Of a stretch of 64,000 nt of DNA, positions 28,288 to 37,475 are shown one piece after another. This DNA comes from a bacterium (GTDB taxonomy: Bacteria; UBA8248): contig OY843592.1 in NCBI GenBank assembly GCA_963692865.2, forward strand, positions 2,944,001-3,008,000, read 5' to 3'. The notes below the pieces were generated by a model. The model saw only the letters and a list, made by a program, of their open reading frames with translations, was not told where the DNA came from and did not search any database. The position numbers and the translations under genes are program-made. The first letter of the stretch is position 1; each line of letters starts with the position of its first letter.

Positions 28288-29616
28288 ATGCTGAACATAA
28301 AGCCTCCGGATACGGCGATTCAGATTATCGAAGCGCTTCAAGCCTCGGGCTATCGAGCGCTTCTGGCCGGCGGATGCGTGCGGGACGCCCTGCTCGGCCA
28401 CGAACCCAAAGACTGGGATATCGCCACGGACGCAACGCCCGAAATCGTGCAGGGGCGTTTCGAGAAAACCGTCGCAGTGGGGTCGCAGTTCGGAGTGGTG
28501 CGCGTGCGGGCGGACGACCACGAGTTCGAAGTGGCGCAATTTCGAGAAGACGGCGCCTACGGCGACGGGAGACACCCCGACTCTGTCCGTTCCTCCGATG
28601 AGCGAGGAGACGCGAGGCGGCGCGATTTCACCATCAACGGGATGTTTTACGACGCACTGAACGACCGGGTTCTCGATTACGTCGGCGGCCGGCGCGACCT
28701 TAAAGCGGGCATCATCCGGGCCATCGGCGAGCCGAAACTCAGGTTCCGCGAGGATCATTTGCGGATGATGCGGGCGGTTCGCTTCTCGGCGCGGTTCGGT
28801 TTCGCGCTCGACCCCGCGACCGCCGCCGCCATCGAAGCCCATTCGAAGCTCATCGTGAAAATCAGCCCCGAAAGAATCCGCGACGAGCTGACGACGATTC
28901 TGACCCAGGAGAACGCCGACGCCGCCCTCGCCATGCTCGATTCCACAGGACTCCTGGAGCACCTCCTTTCTGAAGTCGCCGCCATGAAAGGCGTCGCGCA
29001 GCCGCACGAGTTTCATCCAGAAGGCGACGTGTGGACGCACGTGCTCGCCATGCTGCGCATCAAGAAACGCTCCGCCCCGCCGACGCTCGCCTGGGGCGTG
29101 TTGCTCCATGATATCGGGAAACCCCCGACGTATACCGAAACCGACCGAATCCGCTTCAACGGGCACGACAAGGCCGGCGCGGCGATGAGTTCGGACATCT
29201 GCGATAGGCTCCGCATGCCCAAGGCGCGCGCGGCGAGAATCCGCGAACTCGTCGCCAATCACATGCGCTTCATGCACGTGGAGAAAATGAGGGCGAGCCG
29301 CCTCAAGCGCTTTCTGCGCGAACCGTATTTCGAAGAACTGCTCGAACTCCACCGCCTCGATTGCCTCGCCAGCCACGGGAACCTGAGGACCCATGAATTC
29401 TGCAAGCGCAAACTCGCGGAGCTTCGCGAGGAGGATTTGCGTCCGCCCCGCCTGCTCGACGGCCACGAACTCATGGCGATGGGCTACCCACCGGGACCCG
29501 GGCTGGGGGAAATCCTCCTCGCGCTCGAAGACGAGCAACTTGAGGGACGCATCTCCACCAGGGAGGAGGCCAGGGACTTCGCCGGGCGGAATTTCCCGCT
29601 CCACGAGGGTGATTGA
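28288..29616 (+). CDS. cca: CCA tRNA nucleotidyltransferase with HD domain
   Basis: GGCVRD, DWDIAT, RRDFTING, EDHLRMMRAVRF, ERIRDEL and LLHDIGKP. Confidence 0.9.
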   Translation: MLNIKPPDTAIQIIEALQASGYRALLAGGCVRDALLGHEPKDWDIATDATPEIVQGRFEKTVAVGSQFGVVRVRADDHEFEVAQFREDGAYGDGRHPDSVRSSDERGDARRRDFTINGMFYDALNDRVLDYVGGRRDLKAGIIRAIGEPKLRFREDHLRMMRAVRFSARFGFALDPATAAAIEAHSKLIVKISPERIRDELTTILTQENADAALAMLDSTGLLEHLLSEVAAMKGVAQPHEFHPEGDVWTHVLAMLRIKKRSAPPTLAWGVLLHDIGKPPTYTETDRIRFNGHDKAGAAMSSDICDRLRMPKARAARIRELVANHMRFMHVEKMRASRLKRFLREPYFEELLELHRLDCLASHGNLRTHEFCKRKLAELREEDLRPPRLLDGHELMAMGYPPGPGLGEILLALEDEQLEGRISTREEARDFAGRNFPLHEGD

Positions 29617-29676
29617 TCCGCGCGCCCGCCGGCGCTAGGATGGCCGAATCCGCATCCCTCGACTCTGGACGCCCCC

Positions 29677-30210
29677 ATGACGCGAATCTCCATCATGACG
29701 GCGCGCGAACTCGAACTCTCGCTCAGAAGAATCGCCTCCGAGATGGCCGAGGCCTGCGCGGCGGAAGAGAACGTCGCCCTCATCGGCGTGCTGACGCGCG
29801 GAGAACCGCTCGCCAGGCGGCTCAAGCGACACATTGAGGAACTGGAAGGCATCACCCCCCCCCTGGGCGCGCTCGACATCGGGCTTCACAGGGACGACGC
29901 CGGCCACCCCGCCGAGGGGCGCGGTTTCGAACCCACCCTCATCGACTTCGATCTCACGGGGCGGGGGGTGTTCCTGGTCGACGACGTCTTTTTCACGGGC
30001 AGGACGGCGCGCGCGGCCATAGACGCCGTGATGGAACTCGGACGCCCGCGCAAGATATGGCTCGCCGCCCTCATCGACCGCGGCCACAGGGAGCTCCCCT
30101 TCCGGCCCGACTTCATCGGCAAGAACGTGCCCACCTCGCTCGATGAGCGCGTCCGTGTCGGGATGCGCGAGGTGGACGGCGAGGACGGCGTGTGGCTGCT
30201 CAGGCAGTGA
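29677..30210 (+). CDS. pyrR: Bifunctional pyr regulator / uracil phosphoribosyltransferase
   Basis: LDIGLHRDD, LVDDVFFTGRT and DRGHRELPFRPDFIGKNVPT. Confidence 0.92.
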   Translation: MTRISIMTARELELSLRRIASEMAEACAAEENVALIGVLTRGEPLARRLKRHIEELEGITPPLGALDIGLHRDDAGHPAEGRGFEPTLIDFDLTGRGVFLVDDVFFTGRTARAAIDAVMELGRPRKIWLAALIDRGHRELPFRPDFIGKNVPTSLDERVRVGMREVDGEDGVWLLRQ

Positions 30211-30399
30211 CCCCGCCCGACGGCAAGTCCAACGTGGGGATGGGGGAGGGTTCGCAGCGCGGCCAAATGCGGGGAATTGCGGGCGAGGAGCGATTCCCGG
30301 CCGGGGCGGGAGGGGCCGCCGACCGACGAGCAAGGGCCGGATTGCGCGGTTTCGCAGGGACAGCTGGCGACCCGTCCCTGCAAAGCAACCGGCCGCATC

Positions 30400-30865
30400 G
30401 GGGTTGTTGAAAAAGCCCCCCTGAAAAGGGTGGTTGGGGGTCGAACCCGACCGGGGAGGGGTTGTTGAAAAAGTCCTCCACCGCCTCATTCTGCGTAGGC
30501 GTCTCCCAACCCGCCTCATCCCGATCAGCACCTACCCCAACCACCTCATCCTGAGTAGCGGCGGAGCCGCGTATCGAAGGATGCCCTCTCGCCACGACGC
30601 GGGAGGGTCGGCTCCCCCCGCCGCCTTTGACAGGCTCAGGACAGGCCCCTTCGATACGCGGCTCCGCCGCTACTCAGGGTGAGGAAAGAGACGTCGTCGG
30701 TTTGCAGGGTCGCATATGGGGCTTTTTCAACAGCCCCGGGGCGGGAGGGTTTGGAGGGAATCATGCTTCACCCGCTCCGCTCGCCCTCCCTCGGCTTGAA
30801 AACCAACCCCCTTGTCCCCCCCTGGTAAAAGCAACACCCCCGGCGAGAGGTTTTTCAACAGGTCT
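30400..30865. mobile_element. Outer MITE-like element with a perfect 5-bp TSD (GCATC)
   Basis: GGGGTTGTTGAAAAA (30400) ... TTTTTCAACAGGTCT (30865); GCATC at 30395-30399 and 30866-30870. Confidence 0.8.
30458..30737. mobile_element. Inner MITE-like element carrying a REP-A doublet
   Basis: TIRs GGGGTTGTTGAAAAA / TTTTTCAACAGCCCC; flanks GGGGA/GGGGC; REP-A arms at 30544-30580 and 30648-30684. Confidence 0.8.
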
Positions 30866-31060
30866 GCATCCATGAGGCTCCTGCACGGAAACTCTCCGTT
30901 TGCGGAAGCGGTTCTTGACCGTCAAACGCGGAATTTCCCCCTACCCCGGGGCGCGCGCTTGTTGTAAGATGCCCTGTCCGGCCAAGGACGGCGCGGGCTT
31001 CGGTCCGCGTCGTATACCGCCGCTTCCGAACGCCGGGATTTCATATTGGGAGATACCCTG

Positions 31061-32026
31061 ATGGCCTCCCCGCCCGACCTTCCCGAGCGCCTCCTGGTCG
31101 CCGTGGGCGGCAACGCGACCCATCCGCCCGAGATACGCGGCACCGCCGCCGAGCAGGCCGCCATCGCCGCAGCGACCGGCCGCGCGCTGCTTCCCCTGCT
31201 CCAGCTTGAGAACGAACTCATCATCACGCACGGAAATGGGCCCGTCGTCGGCAAGATACTCATGCGCCAGGCGGTATCGAGCGAGCAGGTGACGCCCATG
31301 ACGCTCGACATCTGCGTCGCCCACAGCCAGGGGGGCATCGCCTACCTCCTCATGCAGGCGTTCGAGAACGCGCTGAGGCGCGCGGGCGACCCGCGCCACG
31401 TGGTCTGCCTGCTGACGCAGGTGGAGGTCGATCCGGCGGACCCGGCGTTCGACGCGCCCACCAAGTTCGTGGGCTACACCTACACGAAGGAAGAGGCGAA
31501 AAGATACGAGAAGGAGATGGGCTGGACGTTCCGCGAGGACGCGGGACGCGGCTGGCGGCACGTGGTCGCATCCCCAAAACCCAGGCACATCGTGGACATC
31601 TCGCTCATCGAGACGATCGCCAAAAGCGGCGCGGTGGTCATCGCGGGCGGCGGCGGTGGCATCCCCGTCGTGAGGGAAGCCGACGGCGCGCGCCGGGGGC
31701 TCGCCGCCGTGATCGACAAGGATTTGACTTCGGCCCTCATGGCGAACGTGCTCGGGGTCGAGACGATGATGATCCTCACCGCCGTGCCCCGTGTGGCGAT
31801 CCGTTTCGGGACGCCCGAACAGCAGGAACTGGAAAGAGTCTCCCTTGCAGACATCAAGGAATACCACGCCGAGGGCCACTTCCCGCCCGGCAGCATGGGT
31901 CCCAAGATAGACGCGGCGATCCGCTTTCTCGAAGGCGGCGGACGGCGGGTTTACATCGCCGCGCTGGAGGACGCCGTCCCCGCCCTGCGCGGCGAGACGG
32001 GGACGTGTATATATGAGGAGGAATGA
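31061..32026 (+). CDS. arcC: Carbamate kinase
   Basis: VGGNA, THGNGPVVG, WRHVVASPKP, GGGGIPV, VIDKD and GSMGPKI. Confidence 0.92.
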   Translation: MASPPDLPERLLVAVGGNATHPPEIRGTAAEQAAIAAATGRALLPLLQLENELIITHGNGPVVGKILMRQAVSSEQVTPMTLDICVAHSQGGIAYLLMQAFENALRRAGDPRHVVCLLTQVEVDPADPAFDAPTKFVGYTYTKEEAKRYEKEMGWTFREDAGRGWRHVVASPKPRHIVDISLIETIAKSGAVVIAGGGGGIPVVREADGARRGLAAVIDKDLTSALMANVLGVETMMILTAVPRVAIRFGTPEQQELERVSLADIKEYHAEGHFPPGSMGPKIDAAIRFLEGGGRRVYIAALEDAVPALRGETGTCIYEEE

Positions 32027-32051
32027 GGCGGTCTCCCCGTATTCAAAAATC

Positions 32052-32221
32052 ACTCCCCGCTTGAGGGTCTGGCATCCCGAAGGGAAAGCCAGACGCGGAA
32101 ATCAAGCCCTTGGGCGAAGGTTGACGCGGTGGGGGGAGTTTTTATTTTAGTGGGAATCGTCCCCCCACCGAATCAGCCTCGTCGTCGGGCTTTCCCTTCG
32201 GGATGCCCGACCCTCAAGGGG
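32052..32221. repeat. REP-C inverted-repeat element (variant), right end interrupted by a TIR
   Basis: ACTCCCCGCTTGAGGG...GCGGTGGGGGG...CCCCCCACCG...CCCTCAAGGG; same layout as 33700-33861 and 37128-37294. Confidence 0.75.
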
Positions 32222-32734
32222 CTGTTGAAAAACCCCTCTCCGCCTCACCCTGAGTAGCGGCGAAGCCGCGTATCGAAGGCACGAACCCGACGATGAGGGA
32301 GGGTTCGCCGGGGCGCATTTCTCCTGCGGACGCGAATTTCGCCCTTCGATACAAACGCCCCTTTCTCGGGGTTGTTGAAAAAGTCCGATGCGGCGCAATC
32401 TCCTCCTCGCCCTGCGCAGCCCGCCGCTCCGCCTCACCCTGAGTAGCGGCGAAGCCGCGTATCGAAGGGCGAAGTTCGCGTCCCGCTGGTCAGATGCGTT
32501 CCCCCATCCTTCGATACGGCGCTTACGCGCCTACTCAGGATGAGGAAAGAGGCGTCGGCGGTTTGCGGGGGTCGAAGACGAGGGTTTTTCAACAGCCCCT
32601 TCTCAGTCGCGTTTTACTTCCGGCGGCTGCTCAGGGTGAAGTCAATATGGCGGCAAGGCAAGACGAGGACTTTACGCGAGCGAGGAGCGAGTCTCGAACG
32701 CGCCTGTTTCCAGAGCGATTTTTTCAACAACCCC
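32218..32734. mobile_element. Outer MITE-like element with a REP-A doublet and a nested element
   Basis: GGGGCTGTTGAAAAA ... TTTTTCAACAACCCC; REP-A at 32243-32279 and a split arm at 32343-32367/32600-32639; no clear TSD. Confidence 0.65.
32368..32599. mobile_element. Inner MITE-like element with a perfect 5-bp TSD (TTCTC), inserted in a REP-A arm
   Basis: TIRs present; TTCTC at 32363-32367 and 32600-32604; REP-A arms at 32432-32468 and 32508-32545; right subterminal sequence matches that of 30458-30737. Confidence 0.85.
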
Positions 32735-32818
32735 GTAGCACGCAAGAGTCGGAGTTCGCCTTTGCGCTCCTCCTCAAGCTCGCATAGTCTGTCGCTTCGA
32801 TTTCAGGGAGGACGTTCC

Positions 32819-33604
32819 ATGTCGATGAAACCACTGGTTCTCATAGAGCGCGACGGCCCGCTCGCCACGCTCACGCTCAACCGCCCCGAGAAGCGAAACG
32901 CCATGAACTCGCAGATGACCGGCGAGGCGAAATCGGCGATTGCCGAACTCGCGGGGGCGGAGGGCTTGCGCGTCCTCGTCATCGAGGGCGCGGGGGGCGT
33001 CTTCTCCGCCGGGGCCGACGTGGTCGAGATGGGCGCGCTCACCGAAGACACCGCGCGCGAATTCATCTCGAACCTCCACTCCCTCATCCACGTCGTGCGC
33101 GAATTCCCGCATCCCGTGGTCTGCAAGTGCCGGGGCAACGTGCTGGGCGGGGCGCTGGAGTTGATGCTCGGCTGCGACCTCCGGGTCGCGGCGGAGGATA
33201 CGAAGTTCGGCATGCCAGAGGTGCGGGTCGGCGTGCCGTCGGTCATCGAAGCGGCGCTGTTCGCCCCCTTCTGCGGTTTGGGCGCCGCGCAGGACCTGCT
33301 GCTCACGGGCCGGACGTTCGACGCACACGAGGCGCATCGCCTGGGAATCGTCCAGCGGATATGCGCGCCTGCGGAACTCGAAGAAGCAACAGGGGAGGTT
33401 GTGTCGGAACTGCTCGAAGCGGCCCCCGCCGCGCTCAGCGCCCAGAAAGCGCTTTTAAGGCGATGGATGCAGGCCTATCTCGAAGCCGCCGTTCCGCCCT
33501 CCATCGACGCCTTCGAGGCATCCTTCCGAACCGGCGAACCGCAAGAGGGCATGGCCGCCGCGCACGAGAAGCGTCCTCCCGCCTGGGCGCCAAGGCAGGG
33601 ATAA
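32819..33604 (+). CDS. Enoyl-CoA hydratase/isomerase
   Basis: LNRPEKRNAM, FSAGAD, GGALEL..CDLR and FGMPEV; true start after the GGGAGG RBS. Confidence 0.92.
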   Translation: MSMKPLVLIERDGPLATLTLNRPEKRNAMNSQMTGEAKSAIAELAGAEGLRVLVIEGAGGVFSAGADVVEMGALTEDTAREFISNLHSLIHVVREFPHPVVCKCRGNVLGGALELMLGCDLRVAAEDTKFGMPEVRVGVPSVIEAALFAPFCGLGAAQDLLLTGRTFDAHEAHRLGIVQRICAPAELEEATGEVVSELLEAAPAALSAQKALLRRWMQAYLEAAVPPSIDAFEASFRTGEPQEGMAAAHEKRPPAWAPRQG

Positions 33605-33632
33605 GACCGCAGAGAGAATCACCTCCCCTTCG

Positions 33633-33920
33633 GAGGTTGTTGAAAAACCCCGATTTCGTGATCTCGCGCATGGAGCCAACCGAGGAGGGAGGAGAAAATA
33701 CTCCCCCCTTGAGGGGGAGTCACAGAAGCCGAGTCCTTTGGACGAAGGCCGATGTGGTGGGGGGTAAAACGCGTTTTATTGCCCACTCCGAATTATCCCC
33801 CCCACCAGTTCGCTTTCGGGCTTACACCCTCAGCTCACTGACTCCCCCTCAAGGGGGGAGTGAACTTCAAAAGCATGCGTGAAACTCAAAATTGCTTCCC
33901 GGAACTTATCCAACGGTCCC
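33633..33920. mobile_element. MITE-like element carrying a REP-C element
   Basis: GAGGTTGTTGAAAAA left end and degenerate right end; ACTCCCCCCTTGAGGGGGAGT (33700) / ACTCCCCCTCAAGGGGGGAGT (33841); subterminal sequence matches 37340-37388 inverted. Confidence 0.65.
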
Positions 33921-33991
33921 CTCGCGGTGGCGTTCGCTGGTTTCATGTGGCATCTTCACTCCTCTCGCCGTAACGAAACAGGAGAACCAGG

Positions 33992-34321
33992 ATGTCGGAA
34001 GATGAAATGTTGATCGCGCGCATACGCCCGATTCTCAGGCGGCGCAAGGGATTTTCGGAAAAACGCATGTTCGGCGGCGTGTGCTTCATGATCAACGGCA
34101 ACATGTGCGCCGGGACGTGGAAGGGCTCGCTCATCGTGCGGCTCGCTAGGGAGAACCACGAAGCGACGCTTGCGGAACCTCACACGAAGCCCGCCGACAT
34201 GGCGGGCCGGGTGATGAGGGGCTGGGCGCTGGTCGAACCGGCAGGGATTACGACCGAAGACGATTTGAAATCCTGGGTGCGCCGGGCGGCCAAGTTCGCG
34301 GGCTCGCTTCCACCCAAGTGA
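33992..34321 (+). CDS. TfoX/Sxy N-terminal domain protein
   Basis: EKRMFGGVCFMINGNM, MRGWALV and LKSWV motifs. Confidence 0.85.
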   Translation: MSEDEMLIARIRPILRRRKGFSEKRMFGGVCFMINGNMCAGTWKGSLIVRLARENHEATLAEPHTKPADMAGRVMRGWALVEPAGITTEDDLKSWVRRAAKFAGSLPPK

Positions 34322-34372
34322 ATGCTCCCCGATTCATGATTCTTGGATTCATTTGTGATGAAGGATGAATAG

Positions 34373-35368
34373 ATGAAAGCGATTACCGTCCAGGGAGACG
34401 CCGGAATCGAAGGACTCGTGTACGGCGAGGTACCCACGCCGGATCCGGGAGAGGGCGAGGTGCGAGTCCGCCTCCTGGCTTCGGGCATCAACCACATCGA
34501 CGTATACCAGTGCACCCCCGCCATGGTGCGCCACGACAAGCCCCATACCATGGGAGCGGACGGAGCGGGCGTCGTCGATAAGGCGGCGCCGGACGCGGCC
34601 TTGAAACCGGGTGATGAGGTCGTCGTGGACCCCAACCTGTGCGACCCAACGAAACCGGGTTACGGCATCGTCGGCGCGCACTGTGCGGGCACGCACGCGG
34701 AGTTCATTGTGCTTCCTGAGAAGAATTTCTTTCCCAAGCCCGGGAACCTTTCCTTCGAGGAGGCGGCGGCGCTTCCCCTCGCCCTTTGCACGGCCTATCG
34801 CCAGCTCATCAGCCGCGCCAGACTCAAGTCGGGTGAGAGCGTACTCATCCACGGGGTGGGCGGCGGCGTCATGCTCTATTGCCTGCAACTCGCCGCGCAG
34901 GCGGGCGCCTTCACCATCGTCACCTCATCGAGCGAGGAGAAGCTGGAAACCGCCAAATCCTTCGGCGCCGACGTCTGCATCAATTACAAAACGGGGGACG
35001 TCGCCGGAGCCGTGATGGAGGCCACCGATGGCCAGGGGGCCGACGTGGTGGTCGACAACGTGGGCGCTCCAACTTTCGCGCTGAGCGCCAAGTGCGTCGC
35101 GCTGAACGGGCGCATCACCATCGTGGGCGGGGCGGCGCACCACGTAATCCCCGAAGTGAACCTGCGCGATCTCTACTTCAAACAGGTGGACATCCACACC
35201 TCCACCATGGCGACGCCCGAGGAATTCAGCGCGGCGATGGCCCTCGCCGCCGAGGGGAAGATAAATGCCCACATCGATTCCACTTATCCCCTCTCCCGGT
35301 TCCGCGAGGCCATCGGGCGCGTGGCGAAGGGCGAACAGTTTGGAAAAGTCGTGATAACAAGAGATTAG
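34373..35368 (+). CDS. Zinc-binding dehydrogenase / MDR family oxidoreductase
   Basis: NHID, GADGAG, VLIHGVGGGV and QFGKVV motifs. Confidence 0.88.
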   Translation: MKAITVQGDAGIEGLVYGEVPTPDPGEGEVRVRLLASGINHIDVYQCTPAMVRHDKPHTMGADGAGVVDKAAPDAALKPGDEVVVDPNLCDPTKPGYGIVGAHCAGTHAEFIVLPEKNFFPKPGNLSFEEAAALPLALCTAYRQLISRARLKSGESVLIHGVGGGVMLYCLQLAAQAGAFTIVTSSSEEKLETAKSFGADVCINYKTGDVAGAVMEATDGQGADVVVDNVGAPTFALSAKCVALNGRITIVGGAAHHVIPEVNLRDLYFKQVDIHTSTMATPEEFSAAMALAAEGKINAHIDSTYPLSRFREAIGRVAKGEQFGKVVITRD

Positions 35369-35436
35369 GAGCAAGACGCCCGCGCCGCACTCTCACCATT
35401 CGCGCGGAGCCATCAATTTCGGAGAATGCCTAAAAC

Positions 35437-36585
35437 ATGAAAAGACACCTCGCCAAGACCGTCGCCGCGACTGCAGGTGGAGAGCGCGCCAATCACATGA
35501 CGGCCAGGAAACCGCCGGGCCTGGTGCCGCTCGATTCGGGAACGCCCAACTTCCCCACGCCGGAGCACATTACGGAAGCCGCCAAGGAGGCGCTCGACCA
35601 GGGTCTCACGGGCTACGCGCCCGGACAGGGAGACCCGGAATTCCTCGAAGCCGTATGCGAACACGTCGAGCGAGAGGCGAACGCGAAATACACGCCCCAC
35701 TCCGTCATCGCCACGAACGGGGCGAGTTCGGGCATCTACGCCGTCATGACGGCGTTCCTGGACCCGGGCGATGAGGCCATCCTGATGGACCCCACGTTTT
35801 CCCTCTACGCCCACGTCGCGCTTCAACTCGGAGCCGTTCCCGTCCAGGTGCCCCACGATGCGGACTACCAGATCGACGTAGAGGCCGTGCGCCGCGCCAT
35901 CACGCCGCGCACGCGCCTCATTCTCGTCAACAACCCGAACAACCCCACCGGCGTGGTTTACCGGCGCGAAGATCTGGCGGCCCTCGCCGGACTCGCCACG
36001 GAGCACGACCTCATGCTCGTATCGGACGAGGCCTATGCGAAGATACTGCAGCCCGGCTTCGAGCACGTTCCCCTGCTCTCGTTCACCGAACACAGGGACA
36101 GCCTCATCCTGCTCGACACTTTTTCCAAGACCTATTCGATGACCGGCTGGCGTCTGGGCTTCATGGTCTTGCCCGAAGACCTGCCCCAGCCGATGTTCAG
36201 CGTGCACCGCTCCATCAACGGGCCGATCAACACCTTCGTCCAGCGCGCGGGAGCGGCTGCGCTCAGGGGTTCTCAGGAGTGCGTGGCGGAGTTCAGGCGC
36301 GAGTACCACAAGCGGGGCCGCCTCATGAACGAGATGACGCGCGATATTCCCGGTCTCATTCCCATCGAGCCCCAGGGCGGCTTCTACCAATACTGCCGCT
36401 ATGAATACCCCATTCCATCGAGTGAGGTGCGAAAGCGCGTCTGGGAGGCCGGGGCGGCGATTCGCAGCGGGTCGGAGTTCGGCGCTTCGGGCGAGAACCA
36501 TTTGCGCTTCACCTATTCGGTAAATGAGGATGTCATCGAAAAAGGCATGAAGATCGTGGGCGAGGTCTTCCGCCACCTGGGCTGA
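35437..36585 (+). CDS. PLP-dependent aminotransferase class I/II
   Basis: NNPNNPTG, SDEAY and FSKTYSMTGWRLG motifs. Confidence 0.92.
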   Translation: MKRHLAKTVAATAGGERANHMTARKPPGLVPLDSGTPNFPTPEHITEAAKEALDQGLTGYAPGQGDPEFLEAVCEHVEREANAKYTPHSVIATNGASSGIYAVMTAFLDPGDEAILMDPTFSLYAHVALQLGAVPVQVPHDADYQIDVEAVRRAITPRTRLILVNNPNNPTGVVYRREDLAALAGLATEHDLMLVSDEAYAKILQPGFEHVPLLSFTEHRDSLILLDTFSKTYSMTGWRLGFMVLPEDLPQPMFSVHRSINGPINTFVQRAGAAALRGSQECVAEFRREYHKRGRLMNEMTRDIPGLIPIEPQGGFYQYCRYEYPIPSSEVRKRVWEAGAAIRSGSEFGASGENHLRFTYSVNEDVIEKGMKIVGEVFRHLG

Positions 36586-36623
36586 GGCTTGTCCGTTCCG
36601 CGCTTGAAGGCCGTCCTTTTGAG

Positions 36624-37446
36624 GGGGCTGTTGAAAAAGCCGCCCTGCGCAACCCGCCAATCCGCCTGACCCTGAATAGCGGCCCTTCGACAGCCTCAGG
36701 ACAGGCTCCCTCGACTTCGCTCGGGGCAGGCTCCGCCGTCCCCCCACCTTCCTCACCCTGAGTAGCCGCCGGAGGTCAAGCGCGACTGAGAAAGGAGCGT
36801 TTGTATCGAAGGGCGAACCAGAGAAACGCGCCCCCCATCCTTCGATACGCGGCTTCGCCGCTACTCAGGATGAGGGTTTGGGGCCGGCCGGGAAGGAAAC
36901 GCCTTAAGGGGCGTCGCTACCTTTCTCTCCGAGGCGGTGCGGTTTTGTTCACGGCGGTGGTCAATAGCGAGCGAGATGAGGTTTTTCAACAATCCCAATG
37001 AATAAGTGCTTGACACGATTGATGAGAAGATTGCTGAAAAAGTCCTGTTCAGTCGGACTTGACCCCTATCGGCGCGGCTGCGGATTTCGCCATTGAACAG
37101 CTTTGCCAACCGACAAGAGAGGAAACCACTCCCCCCTTGAGGGGGAGTCGCAGAAGCCGAGCGGTTTGTGCGAAGGCTGATGCGGTGGGGGGAGCATTTT
37201 CTCTGTTGGAAACATTTCTTCAAAAATCATCCCCCCACCGAATCGCTTGCGGGCTTGCGCCCTTACCTCGTCGACTCCCCCTCAAGGGGGGAGTGGTTGT
37301 AGAGCGCTCTACAAGGGGGGGTGATTCTCATCTCTTTCAGGTCGGCTCCATACGCCAAATCACGGAATCAAGGTTTTTCAACAACCCCATATTCGACCCC
37401 TACAGTGGAATCCCGACCAAACTGCAAGGGCTTTTTCAACAGTCCC
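36624..37446. mobile_element. Composite of MITE-like elements with REP-A and REP-C cargo
   Basis: Left TIRs at 36624 and 37027; right TIRs end at 36996, 37388 and 37446; REP-A at 36751-36812 (intact long variant) and 36839-36875; REP-C at 37128-37294. Confidence 0.7.
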
Positions 37447-37475
37447 TTTTTCCCGGGCGGCTCCTCACAACCTCA

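Noticed and set aside
29677-32026. pyrR attenuator or pyr operon
   Set aside because: No pyrB/pyrC follows and no PyrR-binding loop was recognised; the intergenic region is explained by nested repeats
30400-37446. Recurrent GTTGTTGAAAAA and CCTGAGTAG...TATCGAAGG motifs as a CRISPR array
   Set aside because: They occur as inverted pairs at irregular spacing, with no direct repeat-spacer periodicity and no cas genes
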